Positions 45,561 through 56,621 of a DNA stretch of 64,000 nt are shown piece by piece. Position 1 is the stretch's first letter, and every line of letters starts with the position of its first letter. This DNA comes from Calditrichia bacterium. GTDB lineage: Bacteria; Calditrichota; Calditrichia; JAJRVZ01. The notes beneath the pieces are model-generated. The model worked only from the letters and a program-made list of their open reading frames with translations, was not told where the DNA came from and searched no databases. The position numbers were made by a program, and so were the translations under genes. The stretch spans positions 128,001 through 192,000 of the forward strand of contig CAWCNS010000011.1 in NCBI GenBank assembly GCA_963796965.1, written 5' to 3'.

Positions 45561-47039
45561 TTAAACGGCCTTTACTATATGACGAAAATGAATACCATAA
45601 ATTGCCATGGTAATCGCTAACTGAAATTTCTTTGGATAGCGAATAATACTAAGGATTATAAAACGCCAAAAAAACCTTCTGCCACGTTCCAGAATTCCTA
45701 ATACCCAAAATGACCTCAACAAAGCCTTTATTTGCTGAAAGGTTAACCTAACAGCTGACTTTCCTGGTAACTCATAGGCCTTAAGAAAGGTTTCAATTCT
45801 TTTATAATAATCTTTGTGTGAATAGATCGTATTTAAGATAGTTTTATACCCATTCATCAATTGCTGATAATTCATTTTTGGAATAAAATTTATGGAACCA
45901 TCCATATTATCACCTTTAAAACTTGTTTCCAGGCGGTTTTCAGATTTCAACCGATTAAAAAGACGCGTTCCCGGTTGTGCATTCAACAATCCAACCATAG
46001 CCGTTACGATGCCACTTCTTTGAATGAAATTTATTTGCTGCTCGAAAATGTTTTTGGGATCATTATCAAAACCCACGATAAAACCACCAGAGACCACTAG
46101 CCCGGATTTCTGTAGTTTCTTGACCGATTGTATCATATCTCTGTTTTGATTTTGGGACTTCCCACATTCCTGTAAACTGGATAGATTAGGCGATTCTATA
46201 CCAATAAAAGCACTATCGAATCCTGCTTTAACCATTAAATTGAGCAACTCGTCATCATCGGCCAGATTTATGGAAGTCTCAGTCATAAAATTGAAGGGGT
46301 ACCCCATCTTCTCTGACCAGTTGATTAATGCCGGTAAGAGTTCATTTTTGAGTTCTCTTTTATTGCCAATAAAATTGTCATCGACAACAAAAATTCTCCC
46401 CCGCCAACCAATAGTATATAATGAGGTTAATTCATTGAGAAATTGCGCTGTACTTTTAGTTCTGGGCTTATGACCATTCAATAAGGTGATACTACAAAAC
46501 TCACAATTAAAAGGACAGCCGCGTGAATATTGCATACTCATTGAAGCATATTTGTTTAGATCTAATAAATCCCAGAGCGGTTCAGGGGTATTTTTTATAT
46601 CAGGAAAATCAGGAGAATCATATATTTTTTTTACGCTTCCGGTTTTTAGGTCTTCTAGCCAGAGTGGTAAAGTAATCTCCGCCTCATTTAGAATTAAATG
46701 ATCAATGTTTGTAAAAAGCTCTTTTTCCATAGTGCACATAGGCCCACCGGCTACCACTTTTTTTTGTAATCTATTACAGCGTTTTACAATATTTAAAAAC
46801 GAATCCCGCTGGATATGCATACCGGTGATAAAAACGTAATCAGCCCATAGCAGATCGCTATCGGATAGGGATTCGACATTTGTATCTATTAACTTTTTAT
46901 CCCAATCCTCGGGCAAAAGAGCAGCAACAGTTAAAAGCCCTAAAGGCGGCTCCGATGATTTTTTTTGAATAAATTTCAAAGCATGACGAAAACTCCAAAA
47001 CGTATTTGGGATTTCAGGGTTTACGAGTAATATTTTCAT
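45561..47039 (-). CDS. B12-binding radical SAM protein with DUF4070 (HpnP-like architecture)
   Basis: TFWSF..PPLGLLTVAALLP; VAGGP; CPFNCEFC; VDDNFIGN; GFIVGFDND; PGTRL. Confidence 0.9.
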   Translation of the reverse strand: MKILLVNPEIPNTFWSFRHALKFIQKKSSEPPLGLLTVAALLPEDWDKKLIDTNVESLSDSDLLWADYVFITGMHIQRDSFLNIVKRCNRLQKKVVAGGPMCTMEKELFTNIDHLILNEAEITLPLWLEDLKTGSVKKIYDSPDFPDIKNTPEPLWDLLDLNKYASMSMQYSRGCPFNCEFCSITLLNGHKPRTKSTAQFLNELTSLYTIGWRGRIFVVDDNFIGNKRELKNELLPALINWSEKMGYPFNFMTETSINLADDDELLNLMVKAGFDSAFIGIESPNLSSLQECGKSQNQNRDMIQSVKKLQKSGLVVSGGFIVGFDNDPKNIFEQQINFIQRSGIVTAMVGLLNAQPGTRLFNRLKSENRLETSFKGDNMDGSINFIPKMNYQQLMNGYKTILNTIYSHKDYYKRIETFLKAYELPGKSAVRLTFQQIKALLRSFWVLGILERGRRFFWRFIILSIIRYPKKFQLAITMAIYGIHFRHIVKAV

Positions 47040-47178
47040 GATTCCATTCCCCTATTTCAGCTTATATTATATGCATGAATAAAGTTATTAATATTCATAA
47101 ACAGACTTTTGTAAAATAAATGTAAAATCTTTTCTGGTACTAACAAGGCTTTCACGGATACCTTATATTGACTTTCTG

Positions 47179-47335
47179 GCAGAGACGCAAGGAATAAAAA
47201 TTTATTAATACAAAAGACAAAATGAATGTAAAACGTTTACAGGAACTACCCATACATTAATCAACTAATCTTTTTTATTTTTTCTTTTGTAATTTTGTAT
47301 TGATTTCTCTGCGTCTTTGCGCCTCTGCGAGAGAA
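47179..47335. repeat. Intergenic CAGAGACGCA / TGCGTCT..TGCGCCTCTGCG inverted element
   Basis: Arms at ~47179 and ~47305-47332; related arms at 9924-10045, 21430-21456 and 63401-63478. Confidence 0.6.
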
Positions 47336-47368
47336 AAACAACCCTACATCTGTTAAGTAAATATCAAA

Positions 47369-48391
47369 ATGAAGAAACAAAACTCCATCATTTACCATGT
47401 TATTGTATTCGTAGTGGCTCAGTTAGCCTGGTTTTCCCTACTCTCACTATGGATCTATTGGTATGTTTCAAATTATATTTTACTGACAGAGTTGGGTGAC
47501 AATATTTCAGCCCAGATAAATCTCGAGAACACACATATAGGCACCTTGATTGGGGGTATTATATTACTGGTGGCTATCTCTGTTGGGATGTCACTGATCT
47601 TTATTTATTTAACCCGGCAGATTAATCTCACCCGACTGTATGACAATTTTATTGCCAATGTCACCCACGAATTAAAATCACCTTTATCATCGATTCAACT
47701 TTATCTTGAGACAATGAAAAAGCGCAAAGTACCCGCTGATAAACAAAATGAATTTATATCTACCATGCTGAAGGATACGAAACGTCTTAACAATCTGATA
47801 ACATCAATTCTTGATGTTTCGGGACTGGAACAAAAAAAACTGGCCTACCATTTCGAAGTATATAATGCAGATGATATTTTTAAAATTCTTATAGAGGAAT
47901 CCACAGAGGCTTTTAGAATATCTGATAGTTCTATTACTATAGAGGGTAAATCACGAGTAGAGATAGTTCTTGATGAGCGGGCCTTTAAGATTGTAATGAA
48001 TAACCTATTTGATAACGCTATAAAATACTCCCGCGAACCAGTCCAGATTGATATCCGTATATCAAAAAATGATCGCTATTTTGTATTCGAATTCGGTGAT
48101 AAGGGGATTGGTGTAAGTGCTAACGATCAGAAATTGATTTTCAACAAATTTCAACGGATCTATAAGTCTGACAGTCCGAATGTTAAGGGAACGGGTCTGG
48201 GATTATACTGGGTAAGGGAGATCATTAAGTCACATGGGGGGAAAATATCCATGAGTAGTGCGGGCCAAGATCGCGGTTCCACCTTTCGGATTGAATTGCC
48301 CATTTATCAAACTGCAAAGAAACGATTAACCAATCGTTTATTGAGGCTTACCAGAACAAGAACAAGAGAAGAGTATATGTCTGATGAATAA
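47369..48391 (+). CDS. Sensor histidine kinase
   Basis: FIANVTHELKSPLSSI; NNLFDNAIKYS; DKGIG; GTGLGL. Confidence 0.95.
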   Translation: MKKQNSIIYHVIVFVVAQLAWFSLLSLWIYWYVSNYILLTELGDNISAQINLENTHIGTLIGGIILLVAISVGMSLIFIYLTRQINLTRLYDNFIANVTHELKSPLSSIQLYLETMKKRKVPADKQNEFISTMLKDTKRLNNLITSILDVSGLEQKKLAYHFEVYNADDIFKILIEESTEAFRISDSSITIEGKSRVEIVLDERAFKIVMNNLFDNAIKYSREPVQIDIRISKNDRYFVFEFGDKGIGVSANDQKLIFNKFQRIYKSDSPNVKGTGLGLYWVREIIKSHGGKISMSSAGQDRGSTFRIELPIYQTAKKRLTNRLLRLTRTRTREEYMSDE

Positions 48392-49103
48392 GCAAACACT
48401 TGAAGGAAGCAAAATTCTGCTTGTCGAGGATGAGGAATCATTGGCACTTGGATTGAGATATAACCTAAGTGAGGAAGGGTATGACGTTTTGTGGGTTATT
48501 GACGGAAAGAAAGCGATCGAGGCCGTGAACAAGTCAACATTTGATTTGGTCATTCTGGATGTAATGCTTCCCTATCTTAACGGATTTGAAGTAGCCGAGC
48601 AAATTCGTTCAAAAATGCCGCAAATGCCAATCCTGATGCTGACGGCCAGAACTAGAATTGAAGATAAAATAAAGGGGCTTGCATTAGGCGTGGACGACTA
48701 TATGACAAAACCTTTTAATCTGGAAGAACTCCTTCTTCGTTTAAAAGGAATGTTAAAACGCAAACACTGGTATCAAAATGCATCTGATTCTGAGCCAATA
48801 TTTAAGTTCGCCGACTTTGAAATTAATTTTGAAGATCTCACCTGCCAAACCAGTTCTCATAAATTACAACTAACACATCGTGAAGCGATGGTATTAAAAT
48901 ATCTCATCGACAATAAAGGTAAAGTTATATCCCGGGAAGAGTTATTAGAAAATGTTTGGGGTATTTCATCTTCTGTTGAGACAAGAACTGTTGACAATTT
49001 TATTTCACGTCTCCGTAAATATTTCGAAACCGACCCTGCGAATCCAATCTATATAAAGAGCATTCGCAGCGCAGGTTATATCTTTAATGATCAATCATCT
49101 TAA
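48384..49103 (+). CDS. OmpR-family response regulator
   Basis: LLVEDE; LDVMLP; DDYMTKPF; TRTVDNFISRLRK. Confidence 0.95.
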   Translation: MNKQTLEGSKILLVEDEESLALGLRYNLSEEGYDVLWVIDGKKAIEAVNKSTFDLVILDVMLPYLNGFEVAEQIRSKMPQMPILMLTARTRIEDKIKGLALGVDDYMTKPFNLEELLLRLKGMLKRKHWYQNASDSEPIFKFADFEINFEDLTCQTSSHKLQLTHREAMVLKYLIDNKGKVISREELLENVWGISSSVETRTVDNFISRLRKYFETDPANPIYIKSIRSAGYIFNDQSS

Positions 49104-50641
49104 TTCCGTTTATTTCAATACCTTTGTAATTCCTGGCATAATAACAATAGATCGTTCTTGCTTTTTGATTGGTACTAAACATAAAATCTTCTTCCAATAT
49201 TAGGGTAATCTCATCAAAATATTCCCCTACTTTATCCAGATCCGGTTTGTACTCTCTTCTATCGGTGAATACAAAGAGAGCATCCTGTCCTTTGAGTGCG
49301 GCAGGCATTCCCCAGACATCGAACTGTAAAGCTGGCTGCCCGTATATATTTTGTGCATACACTTCTTGCTCATCAGAAAGGTAAAATTTTAATAGAGAGG
49401 CTGTCTTATAAGAATTTGCAAAAACAAATACGTTATCTCTGCCCCCCTTTTCATGCTGAATATTTAAGATTTGAACCGCTGTCTCTTTCCATCCACTCCA
49501 GGTATTACCGTCTCCTAACGGAATATTGGGGATCAATAATATGGAATACGCTATTACTATCAGAATAATTGAAACTGCAATGCCCGACTTTATCCATTTG
49601 GATTTTAGTAGATCCTCACGGTAGAAGAGGATCGTAGCAGCTAAGACCAATCCCAGATATCCAGGTAAAAGCCAGTTCATCTTTATCAATGTCTTTAGAC
49701 TTAGGACGGTAAATCCACCAATTATGAAAACACCTGTTATAAAAAAGAACCTTGAATTGGTATTCTGGCGCCAGTTTTGAAGTATTCTTTTCGTGCTTTT
49801 AAAAAAGAAAACCAGCGGAAGTGGTGTCAGGAGAAAAAGTTGACTGGCAATTAACTGAAACACATATTTCGTCTGAATAGGCTTAAGTTCTTCTGAACGA
49901 TCTGCAAACTGGAACTTTAAAGAACCCCAGTCGTGGTTCAAGTTCCAAACCAGAACCGGAGTAAAAACGAGTAAGGCAAAGAATAATGCTAAATAGGGGT
50001 CTCGTTTATAGAGGACTCTTCGCAATGATGGATTCAGCAAAAAAACCACAAAGATACGCTGGTACTATTGCTATGGCTGTGTACTTGCTTATCAATCCAA
50101 ATCCCAGGGCAAATCCTGCCAGATACAAATCAAATGGTTTTGTGTTATGTATATATCGCTGTACAAAAAAGATGACAAGAAGCCAGAAAAAGATCAGGGA
50201 TGTATCTTGAACCATGGTTACCGCATATAAATGCGCAAATATCGTCAGATTATAGAATATGACAGCAGCGAATGCAATTTTGTCTCTCCTCCCAGCCTCA
50301 GTGGTTTCTAAAGTATTTTGGATAGTCAGATAAAGAAAAATATTGGTTAAAGCAGACCATATAACTGCCATAAATTTTATCCCGAAGATGGTATCGCCAA
50401 AGAGATGGGTGCCAATCCAGATGGAATATGCCACCATTGGCGGATGATCAAAGTAGGAAAGATCTGGCTTCAGTGAATAATACCAATAGTAAGCCTCTTG
50501 GGGTACAAGCGGGATGATACTAATATAAATAAACCGTAGGCATGTTAATACAGTTACAAAAAGTATCAAATTCTTGTGATCTTCATATAATTTTTTTATT
50601 GACTCGATTATTTCACCTCGCTGTATTTTTTCGTAAAACAC
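49084..50641 (-). CDS. ArnT/PMT-like (GT83/GT39) membrane glycosyltransferase; frameshift near 50030
   Basis: PQEAYYWYYS..SYFDHPPMVA; LISKYTA; PVLVWN..W.SLKFQ. Confidence 0.85.
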
Positions 50642-50843
50642 TAAATTTTAGATGTTGAAAAATAACGACTGATCATATTTTATTCAATTATCTTGTAGTA
50701 CTTTTATAAATTTATCAGATAACGTAAGGGAATAATTCTATTTACTGAAGTTGCTTATTTTCTTAAATTACATTTATTTAAATTATAATCTATGCCAAAG
50801 TTTTTTAAACATCTCTATTAAATAAGATTATACGGAACCCGTT

Positions 50844-51872
50844 TTGGATCTTATCAACTTACAAAAACGTACGACAATTAAACTGATCAAGAAGCTATTT
50901 GGCAAAATTAAGACTTCTTCCACTTTTGAAGGTATTCCGAAATCAATTGCCCTCATGGCTCAGGAGCGATTTGGCGATGTTATTATGATGTCACCATTAA
51001 TCAGAATGTTAAAGAAGAAGTATCCTCAAATAGAAATTTACATTATTTGCGTAAATAAAATTGCAGAATACTTAAAATATGACCCGAACATTAAGATGGT
51101 CCTGAACGCTAAGCACCCGACGAAGGATGAAAATAAATTCTTAAAATCACATACATTTGATATCCTGTTTAACACGAAAGATCATCCATCAGTTACCTTT
51201 TTATATTTAAGCAAAACGATTAACGCAAATCATTGTGTTGGAATTTCGCATCCAGAGCACCTCGGTTTTTTCCATCATACATTTTATATTCCTGAAAAAC
51301 CACAGAAAACAGTCAGCACATATTTCACCTTGTTGGATTATCTAAAAATTCCATATTCTGAAGAGGATCAAAGACCTTATCTACCATCGGGACCGGTTTC
51401 AGAAGATATTCGAAATTTTCCTAGTAAAATCGAGGGCACAGGATACACTGCCATTAATTTGAGTGCTTCGCAAGCATATAAGGAATGGCCCATAGAAAAA
51501 TGGATAGATTTTTTACAAGAGATAAAACAGCCCACTTATGTAATCGCCATGCCCAAACACCAACAGGATAAACAAGTTTTAGAAACAACAATTGATCACG
51601 TTATTCCCTCCCCTTCAACCAAGACTATTTTCGATGCTGGGCATTTAATTGAACATAGCAAGATTTTAGTTTCCCCGGATACGGCTCTTGTGCATATTGC
51701 ATCATGTTTTAATACACCTGTTCTTGCCCTCTACCGCCAGCCGCTGGACCTGCAGAATTTCCCCCCAATGTCCCTTAATCATGAATTTTTGATGGCACCT
51801 GAGCAGGAAATTTCTGAGATACCTACATCTGAAGTCATTGAAGCATTTTTTCTATTGAATGAGAGGATTTGA
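50844..51872 (+). CDS. Glycosyltransferase family 9 (LPS heptosyltransferase-like)
   Basis: RFGDVIMMSP..LKKKYP; KEWP; VSPDTALVHIAS. Confidence 0.9.
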   Translation: MDLINLQKRTTIKLIKKLFGKIKTSSTFEGIPKSIALMAQERFGDVIMMSPLIRMLKKKYPQIEIYIICVNKIAEYLKYDPNIKMVLNAKHPTKDENKFLKSHTFDILFNTKDHPSVTFLYLSKTINANHCVGISHPEHLGFFHHTFYIPEKPQKTVSTYFTLLDYLKIPYSEEDQRPYLPSGPVSEDIRNFPSKIEGTGYTAINLSASQAYKEWPIEKWIDFLQEIKQPTYVIAMPKHQQDKQVLETTIDHVIPSPSTKTIFDAGHLIEHSKILVSPDTALVHIASCFNTPVLALYRQPLDLQNFPPMSLNHEFLMAPEQEISEIPTSEVIEAFFLLNERI

Positions 51873-52243
51873 TTCCTGTGCCGGGATATTTTTATTTTAA
51901 TTTCAATGAAATGGATACCTGTTCCTTCAGGAACTAGTATGGTTATTGGTTGCTCCACAGCACTTAGAGTGACATAATCTTTATCATCAACTTTTAATAA
52001 AAACCGATTATTAGTTTTTTTTGAAAACCAATCGGATACTTCAAACATCCATGTCGATTCACGTGTTTTGAAATATTGACAATAGTGATCATCATAGATT
52101 AATTCAATCATGATGCTCTTATCATCACTTGCAGAAGTGCCATGGTTATCGGCATGAAGATATCCAATAAATTCATGAATATCTATAAAGCGTCCTTGAG
52201 GATATTTTTCAAAAATAGTAGTAAACTTATGCCGCGAATGCAT
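51779..52243 (-). CDS. Hypothetical protein
   Basis: 154-aa ORF with no recognised motif; overlaps the GT9 3' end; start uncertain. Confidence 0.4.
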   Translation of the reverse strand: MHSRHKFTTIFEKYPQGRFIDIHEFIGYLHADNHGTSASDDKSIMIELIYDDHYCQYFKTRESTWMFEVSDWFSKKTNNRFLLKVDDKDYVTLSAVEQPITILVPEGTGIHFIEIKIKISRHRNQILSFNRKNASMTSDVGISEISCSGAIKNS

Positions 52244-52335
52244 TTTCCTATAGAGAAAATTGATTTGTTCTTAGTAGACTCTGACATAATTTCCTCAATA
52301 ATTTATTGCATGTGTCCCAGAATTCGCCAATAACA

Positions 52336-53877
52336 TCATTCCTTAAACCGCTCTGGATTTATATTGTATTTTTCAATCTTGTAACTTATAATTCTGTTGG
52401 TAGTATTAAGGAGCCTAGCTGCCTTTGATTTGTTGCCATTGGTTGATTTAAGTGCATCCTGGATCAATTCTTTTTCATAAGACTCAACAGCTTGATCCAG
52501 CGACTGATTTTGCCGGGTATCAGAACTTTCTGCTGTCTGCAAAGTCGGTGGTAAATGATAACTGTGAATAACCTGTTCGTTACATACCAGGGTCGCTCGT
52601 TCTAAACAATTTTCGAGTTCACGCACATTTCCTGGCCAATGGTAACGCATCAGCATATCAATTGCTGGTGTAGAAATTCGTTTGATTATCTTTCCGTGCT
52701 TTCGTCCATATTTGAGCATAAAATGATCTGCCAGTAGCAAGATATCCGTTTTACGTTCGCGAAGTGGTGGCAAGAATATTGAGAAGACATTTAACCTATA
52801 ATACAGATCTTCCCGAAATTTGCCAGCCGATATCAATTGCTCAAGATTAGCATTGGTTGCAGCAATTAAACGTACATCAACATTGATTGTCTCAGTGCCA
52901 CCGACCCTTTCAAACTGTCTTTCCTGTAGAACACGCAGGAGTTTCACCTGTGTTGATGGACTTAAGTCGGCAATCTCATCTAAAAATATAGTCCCGCCAT
53001 CTGCCAATTCAAAGCGCCCCTTTTTTTGACTGAGCGCTCCGGTAAACGCCCCCTTTTCATGTCCAAAAAACTCTGTCTCGATCAAATTATCGGGAATCGC
53101 AGCACAATTGACACGGATAAAACTATTCTTCATCCTGTCAGAATTATAATGGATCGCCTCCGCGATCAATTCTTTACCCGTCCCGGACTCACCGCGAATG
53201 AGCACAGTAGTTTCACTGGCCGAAACTTGCGAAACCGATTCATAGACTTCCCTCATTTCATGGCTATTACCAATAATATTACTGAACTTGTACTCATCCT
53301 GCAGTTTTTTCTTCAGATTTTCGTTTTCATTTTCAAGTTTGGTCTTTTCCTTTTGCATTTCCTGAAAAAGGCGAATCGGCTGCAACAAGGCAGAAGCGAC
53401 TAATGATAGAAACTTCTGAGCACTATCAAATTCTCGTTTAGGATTATAGGAGAGTGTAACAACCAACACACCCAATGTTATATAATCAAGCAGTATGGGG
53501 ACCCCTATAAAGGTTTGTTCTCTATCCTTTTTCGGATTCCATGTACTCATTCTGTTTAAAAACAAGGGTTCTTTACTTACCTGTGGTACAATGACGGGCT
53601 TCCCACTTTCAGCAACCCTGCCCGTGAGTCCTTCTCCTAATTTATAAATCTGTTTTGCCGTTTCTGTATCATAACCCACAGAAGCTACCAAAGATAAAGA
53701 TGACGTATCCTGATTTAAGATAAAGACACCCCCCGACTTAAGATGATAAAAATCAGCCAATATCTTTAATGCGGCACGAAGGGAAATCTTCAAATCTAGA
53801 TCACGACTTACTGCTTTATTAATATCAATTAAAACAGATAAATTTCGCGCAAGAGCACCGCTTGGATTATTTACCAT
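52336..53877 (-). CDS. GAF-AAA+-Fis sigma54-dependent activator (NifA-like)
   Basis: GAF ([15 protein letters not shown]); [36 protein letters not shown]. Start set at MVNN after the GAAGGTGA RBS. Confidence 0.93.
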   Translation of the reverse strand: MVNNPSGALARNLSVLIDINKAVSRDLDLKISLRAALKILADFYHLKSGGVFILNQDTSSLSLVASVGYDTETAKQIYKLGEGLTGRVAESGKPVIVPQVSKEPLFLNRMSTWNPKKDREQTFIGVPILLDYITLGVLVVTLSYNPKREFDSAQKFLSLVASALLQPIRLFQEMQKEKTKLENENENLKKKLQDEYKFSNIIGNSHEMREVYESVSQVSASETTVLIRGESGTGKELIAEAIHYNSDRMKNSFIRVNCAAIPDNLIETEFFGHEKGAFTGALSQKKGRFELADGGTIFLDEIADLSPSTQVKLLRVLQERQFERVGGTETINVDVRLIAATNANLEQLISAGKFREDLYYRLNVFSIFLPPLRERKTDILLLADHFMLKYGRKHGKIIKRISTPAIDMLMRYHWPGNVRELENCLERATLVCNEQVIHSYHLPPTLQTAESSDTRQNQSLDQAVESYEKELIQDALKSTNGNKSKAARLLNTTNRIISYKIEKYNINPERFKE

Positions 53878-53920
53878 TTTTTCACCTTCCGACATTTTTG
53901 TTTCTACATATACGTATACA

Positions 53921-54122
53921 TACATTATTGTAGGATCTTTGGCGCCAACAGACTTCAGGCCTATCCGAAGCATCATTCTTACCAAACAAATAAAGGGAAA
54001 AAATAAATGGTCTCTGGTATAATCTTCCCATACCCATACAATCATCATCACGACTCTATTCTAAAATGTCAAATATTTTATACATTATTGTATGGTATTT
54101 TTCCCACTATACATAATTGTAT
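53921..54122. promoter_or_regulatory. Repeated palindromic enhancer sites TACA-N4-TGTA
   Basis: tacattattgta (53921), atacattattgtat (54080), atacataattgtat (54109); weaker gacatttttgtt at 53891. Confidence 0.7.
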
Positions 54123-54200
54123 ATTTCAAACATAAGCATTCGTGAGCCGGCATCGGCCTTATGTGTTTTGATAACAATAACTTACGAAATATTATAATAC

Positions 54201-54217
54201 TTGGCACATATTTTGAT
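54201..54217 (+). promoter_or_regulatory. Sigma54 -24/-12 promoter
   Basis: TTGGCAC-atatt-TTGAT, ~60 bp upstream of the porin start and divergent from the bEBP gene. Confidence 0.75.
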
Positions 54218-54275
54218 GATCAACCTTTACAAATACGCGTTCTGCAGACGATAATGATATACCAACGGAGGAATT

Positions 54276-54978
54276 ATGTTTACATCAATGAAGATATATT
54301 CAGCAGTAATTGTCATCTTACTTCTTGCAGCTTTGACATTACCACTGCAAGCGGCGGTCGAATTTGCAGGCAATCTTACCGGCGTCTCAACTTATGTCTG
54401 GCGGGGGATAAAAGCCAATAATGGACCTGCCTTACAGAGTGATGCAGCCTTCACCTATGGCATCATAACGCTTGGCTTTTGGGGTTCCAGTATCGACTTC
54501 GGCGATGACCTGGAACTTGAAACGGATCCATATGGTAGTGTTGTTTTAACAGATGGAGATTTTTCCAGTTCACTCGGATTTACGGTTTACATGTTTGACT
54601 TTCATACCTTTAACCAATTTGCCGATGCCGAGCTGGAATTAAGTGCTTTATTTGGCTATGGGCCAATCGGATTAAATATCTTCTATGTTCCAAAACAAAA
54701 CAGCACAAAGGAAGATCTAAACAGATCACTCTATTGGCTGAGAGCTATCTGGCGGTGGTACATGGATGGGTGCTGACCTCTCAGCTGCCATCACCTATGG
54801 CACTTATTCCAGCCGCTGGATGGCGGAGGGGCCGACAAAAGATCCTGTCGGATTGCTTCTGCTTACAGCCGGGAAACCCATCAATGAAGAATTTTCTGTT
54901 TTTTGGACCTATTCACTCGATGTTTTTGGCTCAGGCTTTGAGAATATATTTTATTTGGGCGGATCTTATTCGTTCTAA
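54276..54978 (+). CDS. TorF/Gcw_chp-type putative porin; frameshift near 54740
   Basis: Signal peptide; STYVWRG..GPALQ; GFWGSSIDFGD..ETDPY; C-terminal GGSYSF. Confidence 0.8.
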
Positions 54979-55057
54979 ATGTGTTAAAATAGTAAATTTT
55001 GATGGAGGTAATAATTAATAGTTAAATAAAGTGAAAAGAAGTTCCCTTCATTGAAAT

Positions 55058-55120
55058 CCCCATTTATTTCGACTGGCAGGCCCCAGGCCTGCCAGTTCGT
55101 TGGGGTTTTTCTTTTTTCTT
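55058..55120 (+). terminator. Strong hairpin plus U tract after the porin gene
   Basis: actggcaggcc-cca-ggcctgccagt inside cccca/tgggg, followed by tttttctttttt. Confidence 0.7.
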
Positions 55121-55277
55121 TCAACCCTCACCTACTCTTTATCCAAATCTAATCTCTGTTCACTATCCTTTATTCTATTTAATATGTATTCGTTGGAATA
55201 TTTTTTGTTGATGATAGGTTAAATTCTTCGTTAATTAATCTTCTACGAAGATTCTATTCTCTGGATTCGATATTTAT

Positions 55278-55886
55278 CTACAATAATTCCAACCTCTACG
55301 AGGTTAGGGTTATGTCTCCAATCTGAAGCAAATACACTTTAATTGATATAAACAAAATGCTATTGAGGAATGCCCATTAATATCTAAAACAAAAGTCAAT
55401 AATATTGCCGTAGAGGATTGATTATTGTATTTTACCATAATTCCATCCTCTGCGAGGTTGGGGTTATGTCTCCAATCTGAAGCAAATACACTTTAATTGA
55501 TATAAACAAAATGCTATTGAGGAATGCCCATTAATATCTAAAACAAAAGTCAATAATATTGCCGTAGAGGATTGATTATTGTATTTTACCATAATTCCAT
55601 CCTCTGCGAGGTTGGTGTTATGTCTCCAATCTGAAGTGAAGACGCTTTAATTGATATAATGTTATTGAGGAATGCCCATTAATATCTAAAACAAAAGTCA
55701 ATAATATCGCCGTAGAAGATTGATTATTGTAATTTACCATTATTCCAACCTCTACGAGGTTGGGGTTATGTCTCCAATCTGAAGTAAATACGCTTTAATT
55801 GATATAAATATAATGTTATTGAGGAATGTCCATTAATATCTGAGACAAAAGTCAATAATATCCTCGTAGAGGATTGATTATTGTAG
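55278..55886. repeat. Four-copy ~154-bp tandem array with inverted ends (REP/BIME-like)
   Basis: Units start at 55283, 55437, 55591 and 55739. The ends ctacaataattccaacctctacgagg and cctcgtagaggattgattattgtag are near reverse complements. Confidence 0.92.
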
Positions 55887-56024
55887 CAACAAAATTATTC
55901 AATACGAATATATCATCCTTGTAGAGGATGAATACAATAGTGGTATTGAGATAACAATCATAATAAACAGAAACAAACCATCGATATTAATTTTCCAAAT
56001 ATCCTATTAACTAACCCAGAAACT

Positions 56025-56612
56025 ATGAAAAAAATATTGATTTTATTTGCCCATCCCGCATTACAAAAGTCCCGGATCAACCAGGTGTTAATAGAGGATA
56101 TCAAAACCCTGGAAGGTGTAACTTTCCACGATTTATACCAACACTATCCTGAGTTTGATATTGACCGTATAGCTGAGCAAAAACTCCTCAAAGAACATGA
56201 CATAATCATCTTCCAGCATCCTTTTTATTGGTACAGCACACCAGCCATTCTAAAGGAATGGCAGGATCTTGTATTGGAACATGGTTGGGCTTATGGTGGA
56301 GAAGGTAATGCTCTGAAGGGTAAAATATTTTTTAATATTATCACCACGGGTGGCAAGAAAGAGGCGTATTCTACTGAAGGATTTAATAGGTTTACCATGC
56401 GTATGCTTCTTGCACCCATTGAACGGACAGCGATCCTGTGTAAGATGACGTATCTACCTCCCTATGTTATTCACGGTACACACGCGATTGCCCCGGAGAC
56501 TGTAAAAGAATTTTCAGACCAGCTTTTAAAAACCCTCGATCAATTACAAAATGATCATGTTGATCTTAAAAAAGCAAGAGAACTTTCATACCTGAACGAT
56601 TATTTGAAATAA
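56025..56612 (+). CDS. kefF: KefF/KefG-family NAD(P)H oxidoreductase (flavodoxin_2)
   Basis: FAHP..SRIN; HDLY..YP; QHPFYWYSTPAILKEWQD. Confidence 0.88.
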   Translation: MKKILILFAHPALQKSRINQVLIEDIKTLEGVTFHDLYQHYPEFDIDRIAEQKLLKEHDIIIFQHPFYWYSTPAILKEWQDLVLEHGWAYGGEGNALKGKIFFNIITTGGKKEAYSTEGFNRFTMRMLLAPIERTAILCKMTYLPPYVIHGTHAIAPETVKEFSDQLLKTLDQLQNDHVDLKKARELSYLNDYLK

Positions 56613-56621
56613 GGAAAGTAT

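Noticed and set aside
45561..47039. Definite hopanoid methylase hpnP or RiPP maturase
   Set aside because: No hopanoid genes or precursor peptide nearby; the architecture alone does not fix the substrate.
52336..53877. Nitrogen fixation (nifA)
   Set aside because: No nif structural genes in the window; GAF-bEBPs of this type are widespread.
1249..54978. Programmed frameshifting or mass pseudogenisation in at least 11 split genes
   Set aside because: The breaks are scattered small indels in otherwise well-conserved genes, densest at 4-8 kb, and I noticed no common slippery motif. Long-read consensus error is the simplest explanation; read polishing would decide.
55278..55886. CRISPR array
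   Set aside because: Whole 150-bp units are near-identical, there are no unique spacers, and no cas genes are present.
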